From Ginkgo biloba (taxonomy: Eukaryota > Plantae > Ginkgophyta), in the NCBI GenBank assembly GCA_024626585.2, contig JANKJI020000002.1, positions 255,481,452-255,505,618 of the forward strand: a stretch of DNA of 24,167 nucleotides, read 5' to 3'. A model generated the notes under the pieces. The model was not told the DNA's origin. It searched no databases and worked only from the letters and a program-made list of their open reading frames with translations. The translations under genes were made by a program, and so were the position numbers. Position 1 is the first letter of the stretch, and the number at the start of each line of letters is the position of its first letter. Below are positions 14,300 through 23,509 of this stretch, piece by piece.

Positions 14300-14399
14300 N
14301 NNNNNNNNNNNNNNNNNNNNNNNNNNNNNNNNNNNNNNNNNNNNNNNNNNNNNNNNNNNNNNNNNNNNNNNNNNNNNNNNNNNNNNNNNNNNNNNNNNN

Positions 14400-14990
14400 T
14401 ACTTTTTATATGATGTTATCAATATATATATGTGATGCTTCTCCCTACTAATATTATGAATATATTGGTCCATTTTCTCCTTATTGTTTTGATATAATAC
14501 TTGAATGAAAAGTTATGATTTATATTTATTCATCTACTAACCAAAAGTACAATAATATATTCTCAATGATATATCCCAGATGATTTGATTTCCTATTCTT
14601 CTAAATCTTTGAAGGTAAATTCTATCATCAAGGAGTTAATAATTGAATTAAATATTCCTCCCATGTATTATGAATTTATCCAGTAATTCTAATTTATCCA
14701 ATCCATTAAACAAGATAGTCTTTCTACTATTATAAAATATAGGAAGGAATATATACGGCAACCTTGTTTGATACCTTTGGAGGTATATATTAAAGAATTT
14801 ATTATTCCCTTAATTTCTATGGTAAACTATCCTCAAAGCATATCAAATTATCACTAATTTTCCCTTTTTAAGATACAATGAAAGGAATGTATTCCCATTC
14901 TAGTGTATTGTATGATTTATTTATGTCAAGTTTGAGAAGCATCAACAAAATTTCCCTCATTAGTATTGTATGAATAGATTTTATGACTAT
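14400..14990 (-). mobile_element. Second degenerate LINE reverse transcriptase, opposite orientation
   Basis: Minus strand: KSIHTI...MLLKLDINKSYNTLEWEYI (LKLDINKSY at 14936-14910); SKGIKQGCRIYSFLYFIIVERLS (KGIKQGC at 14778-14758); LLDD; YCTFG**MNKYKS*LF (SGQ.IN..KS-like). Confidence 0.82.
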
Positions 14991-15555
14991 TGGAATTATT
15001 CTAATTTAAGTTATTAGTTGAGATAGCTTTAGTTAGAATGACATGCANNNNNNNNNNNNNNNNNNNNNNNNNNNNNNGAGGATGACATGCAAGACAAAGT
15101 GCATGTAAGCATAGATTTAGGATAGATATTTATTCACCATTGGATTCTATTCTATGAATTTTTAATGTAGGACATTAGCCATATTTTGAAGTTTGTAAGT
15201 TGATAATGTAACTATGAAATCCATCTTATGATATTGAATATTTTTTCATGGTATCAGAGCCATCTTGGTGAGATTATACATTTTTTATTTTTTGACATAG
15301 CCATCTTTCAAAGGCAATAAATCATAACTCATAGCTAGATTTTAGGAAAGTGAGATATCGCTTTGAAGATATAAAGGAGGTCCAAAATTATTAGAAAGGG
15401 TTTCCATAGGAATGCCTATATAATTCCTTTTGTAATGAACAAAAACCATCATTTAAGGGTTAAGAATATATTTCAAAGTTCGAGTACTAGTCTTTTGGTT
15501 CCAAAATATTATAGGAGGAAAATATGGAATTTCTTAGCAATTTTTGATGGCTCTA
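14988..15555 (+). mobile_element. 5' LTR (about 260 bp, ending CA at 15247-15248), PBS and leader of an LTR retrotransposon
   Basis: ...tttttttCA followed immediately by TGGTATCAGAGCCA. The left boundary is inferred where LINE homology stops (tattggaatt, possibly a decayed TGTTGG). Confidence 0.65.
15249..15262 (+). promoter_or_regulatory. Primer-binding site complementary to the 3' end of initiator tRNA-Met
   Basis: tggtatcagagcca, the canonical plant LTR retrotransposon PBS, directly after CA. Confidence 0.85.
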
Positions 15556-15799
15556 NNNNNNNNNNNNNNNNNNNNNNNNNNNNNNNNNNNNNNNNNNNNN
15601 NNNNNNNNNNNNNNNNNNNNNNNNNNNNNNNNNNNNNNNNNNNNNNNNNNNNNNNCCCACTCTTTTGAGCACTCCAAAATATAATTGCTCCTCAAGAGCC
15701 ATACCCATCTTGTCCAAGTGAAGGGCGAACAAATCCCCCATTAAACAATGTGACCTTGGCAATTCCTTCATTTGGAATAAGGTCCAATTACAACTACAA

Positions 15800-17020
15800 A
15801 ATCTTATTAAACCAATTTTATTATATATAAACTTACTACTTAAGATTTTACAGATAGTAAATATCTTTAAGAGCTTTCAGTAATTCAAACATTATCTTCC
15901 TAGGACTTTAAGGGAGATTTTATTGCTTGTATACTATATGGTAAATAAAGTGGAAATCCCCTACCATAAAAGTGGATTTGGTGAAAATAATTTATTGGTT
16001 GATGATATATCAAATATCCCACTAAAACGCCACTCTTTATTTAGGTTTAGTAAGAGTATATACTCTTATCATATTCTATACTTGCTCTTATTTAAATAAT
16101 TGGATCCATACCATATTTCCCCTAAGATAATCGACTTGCAAGTTTGTCTTTTCCTTAATATTGTTATTCAATAGGATTATTATCCCTAAGGATTTATAAG
16201 TCACATTAGAGTATTTATTTTTACATATTGGCTAGGTAATCCTAGCTATTTTTTTTATCTTATTCATTACTAAGAAGATGATTTTGTATTAAAATTACCA
16301 CTCATGGTTTCATTTTTTTAATTATTATTTGAACTTTAAATTCTATTACTTAATATATTATTTCTTATTCCCATGAAATTTCATATCAAGATTCATATAT
16401 AATTATTTGGAGGAACTACATTATTTATTACTTGGAGGTTTATGCATAGATATCATTCTACTAATCTTACTCCTAGATCTATGGTGTTGAATATTATAGG
16501 TCTCCTTCTATTAGGAAAACATTTTTCATTGATTCTTAACTATTTTATGAATAATTTTTATTCCTAACTAAGATCTATTTCTTTGTCTACTATTTGTATG
16601 TTTTGGATTCACATTATCCTTTTCTTAGTGAAAAGGATAAAACCTATTTCCTTGGAATAGATTAGGTAGGATAAATATTATCCCTATTAAGGTTTATATT
16701 AGTTATAGAATCCATTTTATAATTATTTATTTACTAAATTTTCTCTAATATGTATTCCATTATACTAATTATTTCTATTTAATTTATATTAATCTAATTT
16801 TCTAACTATGATTTTATTTAATTCCTTATTATTGTCCTCCATTCACCTTCTTGAGAGTTGCTAGTCTTCTTTATTAAGAGAGATTTTCATTTATGTGTAT
16901 TAATTAAGGTTTAATCATTTATAGTTTAGTGGTATTATTAAAAATTTAATGAATTAGTATCATTCCTATGAGAATATTATAAATATTAAGTGTTTAGATT
17001 GGATGGTATTTTTTCTCTTT
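15800..17020 (-). mobile_element. Very degenerate LINE ORF2 remnant (linker plus RT)
   Basis: Minus-strand motifs in order: RLATLKK...NKELI; RQRNRS*LG..IIHKIVK; VVILIQ; DY.PI...SNVTYK (NVTYK at 16207-16193); RKRQ..SII; EYDK; LW*G.PL (15969-15949; LRQGDPL-like); KVLGR. Many indels. Confidence 0.5.
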
Positions 17021-17120
17021 NNNNNNNNNNNNNNNNNNNNNNNNNNNNNNNNNNNNNNNNNNNNNNNNNNNNNNNNNNNNNNNNNNNNNNNNNNNNNNNN
17101 NNNNNNNNNNNNNNNNNNNN

Positions 17121-17857
17121 TATAATAACTCAAACTTAGTCATGGATCAAGAATTTAAATTTGAAAAACTCAATTATAAATAAAGTTGGTGCTAACCATA
17201 CAATAGGAACTTGAGGCCTACTTAATATGTATGCTTATAAAAGTGAAATCATAGTTAGTCTTTGAGTCTCATGAATTACTTCATGCCACCTAATAATAAT
17301 CTCCTAAGGATAATATGTGATGGTACTACCTAAGTATGAAATAATGGTTCATATGGATTCAATTGGATATAGATTAATAATGAGGAATAGATGAGGTATA
17401 TTGAAATGGAAAGACTTATATTGTTAAAATTGTCATCCTACCAAAAATTATCAATTCAAAACTAAGTCGATTAGGAGTAGATGAAAATGAAAAGAAAAAA
17501 ATGTTCTATAGAAATTATATAAGGAAGAATAGAAAGTGATATAAATAATGAAGATTTATGGATAACCATTGAGGATAATAACCAATTAATGGATATGGTG
17601 TAGAGAGGAAATATTGAGGAGTACTTAGATACATACGGTAAATCCACAATAAAATAAAGCATGATTATTGTATCAAATAATAAGGAGGCCCAACATGAAG
17701 TAATGGGTGACTCTTATGGTTTTAATTACACACCTAATTTAAGAAAAAAGTGATAAATAAATTAAAATACTAAATACAAGAGAATCCATGATGGAATTAT
17801 AGCCATAAAATATACATAGGAAATCAATCCATTAATGAAGTAGGAGGTGAGGGAGAT
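17121..17857 (+). mobile_element. Degenerate Ty3/Gypsy integrase C-terminal half with PPT
   Basis: ANHTI../LEAYLIC (NRTLE.YLRC-like), HAT...SP, LILLKLSSYQKLSI (V.LKLQPY.Q.S-like), IEEYL (chromodomain-like), then purine tract aggaggtgagggaga at about 17842-17856. Confidence 0.45.
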
Positions 17858-18893
17858 ACTACTATTAAATCTCAAGTTTCCAGCCCATAAGTAATATTAA
17901 GAAGAAATTTAAAAATCATTAATCTTACCATAAATTATGTTAGTATCCATAATCTCTACTCAATTATTAAATCTTGGTAACTAACACATAAATTTCATCA
18001 ATGTATAGTTAAGGTTTCCATGTTTTATATTATAATTCTCCACCCTTGTATAGTTAATATTAATAGAAGGGAAATTCTAGTTGGCTTAGATAAACTAGTT
18101 TTTGAATTTATTATTGAGCTAGTGCCCATCATCATATGAAAATTTTTATGTAACTATTTTCCATGATGAATGAANNNNNNNNNNNNNNNNNNNNNNNNNN
18201 NNNNNNNNNNNNNNNNNNNNNNNNNNNNNNNNNNNNNNNNNNNNNNNNNNNNNNNNNNNNNNNNNNNNNNNNNNGACCAAGGCCAAGTGGTACAGAATGG
18301 AGGAACTAGAGGAAACTTTTTCTCACCTGCTTTAAAATTTATTAAATTTTTGTGGGACCCCAAAACCCCCAAATAGGGGAGGTCTAATTGATTTTTGGAT
18401 CCTAACAATCAAGATTTATATCATTTTTTCATAAAGTCCTAATATGCAGTTGAAATGTGAAGAAAATTAATCATTTATGAGCTGACAAATCTCAAGGAAA
18501 GATTTGTAGATTTCTGAAAGAGATTTATAGGGAAATTAATGTCATAGAAAATGGAGTTGTGGTTTGCGAGTTATGCTTTGATTAAGAACTAAGACCCTGT
18601 TACCAAAAACCTTCATATTAAAAGGCTGACTTGAGGATGCAATTAAAAGATCTAGGTAGAATTCTGGGAAAGGTCCATAAGCTTTGAAACTAGCCCAAGA
18701 GGACATAAGACAAAGATGTGGTGAAATTGCTACTAAAGCTGGGAGTTGAGATTGTATGAAGTCTAACTATTTATTAGCTGTTAGATGATGATAAGACCCT
18801 TGTCAAACATCCTAAAATGGGGTGTACTATTAAAGGAGGAGTGTTCCAATACTTGGCCATTTTTTAACTTTTTGAACACTTAATAAAAATGGA

Positions 18894-18985
18894 GTATCAA
18901 GTTATCGAGCCCCTCGCGCCCTGACAAAAGGCTATCGGGTTATCGGGCCCTCGTCCTCTCGATAAAATGCTATCAGGTTATTAAG
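18894..18985. repeat. About 38-bp CpG-rich tandem repeat, roughly 2.4 copies
   Basis: gtatcaagttatcgagcccctcgcgccctgacaaaag / gctatcgggttatcgggccctcgtcctctcgataaaat / gctatcaggttatt. Confidence 0.7.
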
Positions 18986-19425
18986 GAAACAGGCTTATTA
19001 TCCACCCAAGTGAAGGCATCAGATTATCAAGCATCGGGGAATTAGACTTCTTGACCACCAAAGTAAAGGCACCCCACATAACCCCTACAGACCCAAAAAT
19101 TCATTCAATAGAGTTTCAAAACCTTTTGAGTTTTGTACTTGGACATATTATAAAATAAAGGTGAACAAAGACTTTAGAGATCGGGGATTTTGAAGTGAAT
19201 GTGCCAACACCTTTTTCCAAACATCTGATTTAATGGACCCAATGATTTACTCAATGCGCTTTTAGAAATATTTGAGTTTTGTAAGTTGAAGACTTCACAA
19301 AATAAATGTGATTAAGAATTCGAAGNNNNNNNNNNNNNNNNNNNNNNNNNNNNNNNNNNNNNNNNNNNNNNNNNNNNNNNNNNNNNNNNNNNNNNNNNNN
19401 NNNNNNNNNNNNNNNNNNNNNNNNN

Positions 19426-19665
19426 TACAACCTTCTTGTATAAATGCATCATTTATGGAATGAAGAAGTGGAAGATGGTGGTGCAAGTTTGCACATCATC
19501 CCCTCCTCCTAATTTTGAGTGGTGTATGCATTGGATTGTGTTATCTTTATGGAGGAGTAATCTTTTGTATAGATGCATACATTCAATTTTTGGTTTAGTT
19601 TATGTTGTGTTCATTCATGCTCTTGGGATTATTTTTTGTCTGTTGTGCACTTTGATATTTCTACA
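19426..19665 (+). mobile_element. 3' part of a 5' LTR (TATA-like box, T/G-rich U5, terminal CA)
   Basis: TATAAAT at 19439-19445; ends ...ttctaCA (19664-19665), then a 3-nt spacer and the PBS. The LTR start is hidden in the N gap. Confidence 0.65.
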
Positions 19666-19668
19666 AAT

Positions 19669-19682
19669 TGGTATCAGATCCA
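19669..19682 (+). promoter_or_regulatory. Primer-binding site (initiator tRNA-Met), 13/14 match
   Basis: tggtatcagatcca versus canonical tggtatcagagcca, located 3 nt after CA. Confidence 0.75.
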
Positions 19683-19962
19683 TATTAGAGTATTTGGTAG
19701 ATTTGATCTGTGTTATAAGCTTATGAATTTTATAAAATTTTCTCTATGTGTATGACTAAGTAAGAAGAAGTTGTAGAAATTATTTTGAAGCTATGAGGTT
19801 AACTTATTATAGAGAGTTATGTAGTAGTTCACTAAATTCTTAATAACTATGTAAGAATTCTTTGTTATAACTTCTTCATTGGGAGAAGAGGTAAATGGAT
19901 TTTACAACCACTAATATCCATTATTTTTTTCAATTTTATTTTATTTAGTAGCTACCTTAAAT

Positions 19963-20173
19963 ATGGCTAACACAGAGGATATTAAACCTCTTATTTATGA
20001 TAATGGAATTAGAATGGTTAAGGTTGGGTTTGCAAGAGATGATGCTCCAATGATAGTTTTTCCAGAAATGGTGGGTTGAGCATGTCATACTAGAGTTATG
20101 GTGGGACTAGGATAGAAGGATTCTTATGTAGTAGATGAGGCTCAATCAAAGAGAGTATATTATATAACCTATT
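19963..20173 (+). pseudogene. ACT: Processed (intronless) actin pseudogene fragment, residues 1-64 with traces to about 73
   Basis: Translates [62 protein letters not shown], ungapped against plant actin [64 protein letters not shown]. Two in-frame stops (codons 39 and 51); no intron after codon 20. Confidence 0.95.
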
Positions 20174-20760
20174 AGAGAACCCATTAGTAAAATGATTCAT
20201 TTATGTCTTTCTCTACCTCATCAGCTTGAGGATGAGCTAGAAGGTTGAGAGTTAGAGCTTGAAAGGCAATGCTTGAACCATGAATTTATGGTTCAAAGAG
20301 AACTTGCATGAGAATATCATAAATAAATGATCAAAAGGGAGTTAGAATAAGAGTATCATGAAGAAATGGTCAAACAAGATCTTGTTTATGAAGAAAGATT
20401 AACTCATAAAAGTTATTTTTAATTGTCACCCCCTACCCCATAAGGTTTTACAACTCAAGTCTAATGATGTGGGGATAAAGAGGAAAATAACATCAAATTA
20501 TTTTTTAGGGTTGCCTACTTTTTTCAAAAGGATTATTCCCAAGTCTTCAAGGACGAGTGGGCCACCAAAGTGGTGTTCTATCTATAAGGTTGATTTAAAT
20601 ACTAAGAAAGTTATTGAGAAGCATCATATTATAAGGAAAAAAAATAAGTTGATATTAGAACAATTGAAGGAGTGTTCAGGATCTATGAGAAATGGGGATG
20701 CATTATAGCGAAAGAAAGAAACTAATCTAGAAGAGAGCCCATTAAATCAATAAAATGAAG
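20174..20760 (+). pseudogene. Degenerate ORF: Glu-rich coiled-coil repeat followed by weakly gag-like segment
   Basis: HQLEDELEG*ELELERQCLNHEFMVQRELA*EYHK*MIKRELE*EYHEEMVKQDLVYEERL...CGDKEENNIKLFFRVAYFFQKDYSQVFKDEWATKVVFYL*G. Most stops are TGA/TAA, explicable as single-base decay of sense codons (e.g. CGA, CAA). Confidence 0.45.
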
Positions 20761-21709
20761 TGAATGGAGTTCATCACAAGTCCTCCCCCTTAAAAAATAT
20801 TTTCCCTCAAAGCTTTGNNNNNNNNNNNNNNNNNNNNNNNNNNNNNNNNNNNNNNNNNNNNNNNNNNNNNNNNNNNNNNNNNNNNNNNNNNNNNNNNNNN
20901 NNNNNNNNNNNNNNNNNCTTTCTCATTCTCATATTTTTTAATGTGTGCGCCTAATGTCACATCAATAATATAGTATAATAGGCTTCAAGGTAATTTAAAT
21001 GAGTAAAATACACCATAGGATAATTCAAACCACAAACATTTACACAAAAATATCATGATGTTAGAAATAATTAATCATTAATTAGAACTAGAATCAATCA
21101 ATATTTATAGTAATGTTGAATATTGTTGGATGAGGAATTTAACCCATGCTGACACTAACATGAGAGAATTCATTGTTGGGCACTAGTGAGGAATTGGATG
21201 ATAAAGGATTGGCTCTTTAATGACACTAATAGAGGGTAGCTCCACACTATCATGAGTCATGCCCCTGACAAAGGCCTATACCAACATGAGTTAGTTCATT
21301 AATGAAGTTTGAGGTCAGACCCTGCAATAACTTCACTGACATAGGGGAAATATAATATGGAGGTGACCAATAGATAGATGATGCTTCTCATCAATGTCAA
21401 CATGGGGTTCCTACATAAGTATCTAACTTATATGTACATTGTAACTACCATGATAGTTACTTAATCATCTACTCAATGTATATATAATTGACATATGATA
21501 GATAGAGTAGTAGATTCCTATTGTGATGATATATGTAAGACTTGTATTATGTGATCATTAATATAAATACTTGGATGGTTTTTCACATATCTATGTACAA
21601 TGTCTTATTCTTGTATATGTGATATCAATATGATGTGGAAGTAATTATTATGATATATAACTAGAGTAGGGATACACTGTGTACCTGTTATAAAATACTA
21701 TGCTTAAAA

Positions 21710-23079
21710 TTTGGTGCCATTGCATAAGAACAAACTTGAGTCAATGATAGAAAAGAATGATCAGATATTGAATGAACACCAACATGGAAAAGCAATGAAA
21801 TCTGATAGCAAAGTGGATCATCAACAGGAAGGATAAAAAAATGAAATTGATAGAGGACATTGATGTCTTCATTAAAAAAAATGATAGACTTGGAGAAATT
21901 GACCTTGATTGAAGAAGATTCACTATATGATGAGATATCAACTTGGTGGTTCAACAAGATTGATAGCTACATTGAGTTTTATGATCAATGACATAACATT
22001 CCATTGAAAGAGGTGAAAGATAAGTTCTTCACTAACACTCATAAAGAATTCATTATCAACACTCGAATTGAAATATGTGCGTATACATGTGGAGTGGTGA
22101 TAAGTGAAGAAATGAACCAAAAATTATAAGGNNNNNNNNNNNNNNNNNNNNNNNNNNNNNNNNNNNNNNNNNNNNNNNNNNNNNNNNNNNNNNNNNNNNN
22201 NNNNNNNNNNNNNNNNNNNNNNNNNNNNNNNAGGTTTCTAAAGAAGAGGAAAGAGAAAGAGTAAGAGAAAGAGAAAGAGAAAAATAAAAACATGAAGACT
22301 CCACCACCAAGCAAGGGAGAAGAGGAAGAAAAAGAAAAATAAGAATCATTGAAGAGAAGATCGAAGAAGAAGAAAGAAGAAGGCAATAGTAAGGAGAAGT
22401 GACATATAAAAACCAATAGAGAAGATAAGATAGAGGGAAGTAAGGAATAATAGAAAAAATAGATAGAAGGTAGTGGGAAATAATAGGTAGGTAATACCTA
22501 GAAGCCTCTAGAGATAATTGACATCAACAAGGAAGGCAGTCCATCAAAGACACAAGAAGAAAAAGTTTACCAATAATAAGAGGAGGGACTAGGAGAACAA
22601 CAACAACAACAACAACATGACCTATAGAAATAATAACAATAGCTGACATAATAATAATAGAAACAAAAAATAAAGGATTAAGGTGCAACTTTGAAATAGA
22701 TAAATAAGGGAACCACTATTGGAGATAACATAGAGGGTCAAAAAATAAATTAGATTGATGTAGAAGACATTGTAGGAAGAACCATTGAGAAAGAAGAATA
22801 ACCCTTAGATACTGACCCGTTTTGACATCCTTCATCATTCGCTCAAGTATATGGGAGGAAAAAATAAAAGTACGCTATCCCACCAAAGGAACAAGTATAA
22901 CAAGAAGGTACCACCCAAACTGAGGAGCACTAGTCGACCGATAATAGTGTTGAGAGTGAAAAACATATAGACATAGGAAGCATGTTATCATTCGATAAGG
23001 AATCAATAAAGTTTTAGAAACATTGACCAATGGGGTGGGACATCTTCTAGTTTTGAAAAATTAATAGGTCTCTAGTGGT
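21710..23079 (+). other. Degenerate unknown ORF with Lys/Glu low-complexity and poly-Gln region, probably a TE accessory gene fragment
   Basis: MIDLEKLTLIEEDSLYDEISTWWFNKIDSYIEFYDQ*HNIPLKEVKDKFFTNTHKEFIINTRIEICAYTCGVVISEEMNQKL, followed by (GAGAAA)n and (AAC)7; strongly purine-rich plus strand. Confidence 0.4.
22596..22616 (+). repeat. (AAC)7 microsatellite
   Basis: aacaacaacaacaacaacaac seen directly. Confidence 0.9.
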
Positions 23080-23509
23080 AATACTATGCTTAAAAAATAT
23101 ATAAATTTCCATATATATTACTATTTTGATATAGTGAAATATAATTAATGTTGGAAACTTCATGTATTATTTATTAAAATAATACATATAGATAATTTGA
23201 AAATATATACCACTAAAAATATTCTTAGCCAAATTATTTTTGTTATTTAACACGACCTTTGAAATCATATCATTTTCATTTTATAAATATTATATTAAGT
23301 AATATATTTTTTATAATATTTAAGAATAAATAAGGTGATGATCATATGCATTATGAATCATATGAACTTATGGTTTGATCACTTTTATTATATAATTGTG
23401 TATAATACACACGCAAACACACTTATATCTATAAAATTAAGTGGTTATACATATAGGCTAAATCATCTATAGTATTATGTAGAAATTTAAGAATGTAAGA
23501 ATTTTTCAT

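Noticed and set aside
16120-16170. Minus-strand NIKEKTNLQVDYLR resembling an RNase H end (Gypsy or caulimovirid)
   Set aside because: Surrounding motifs in order fit LINE RT better; no other RNase H or pararetroviral motifs were found.
18275-18830. Possible minus-strand LTR starting near 18829 (tagtacacccc...)
   Set aside because: Terminal TG/CA is absent and no adjacent PPT, PBS or partner LTR is visible; too weak to annotate.
19436-19755. Hydrophobic 96-aa and 60-aa ORFs resembling membrane peptides
   Set aside because: They overlie the T-rich LTR end and the PBS; the hydrophobicity follows from base composition.
1756-22416. ORF-track entries dominated by X (e.g. 1756, 4895, 10081, 13018, 14288, 15435, 18154, 18170, 19295, 20760)
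   Set aside because: They are open only because they run through N gaps; no recognisable product.
21688-22416. Minus-strand Phe/Ser/Leu-rich ORFs
   Set aside because: Antisense shadows of the purine-rich plus-strand sequence.
23060-23079. CTAG as a Helitron 3' end
   Set aside because: No GC-rich hairpin upstream, and Helitrons do not create the flanking direct repeat observed.
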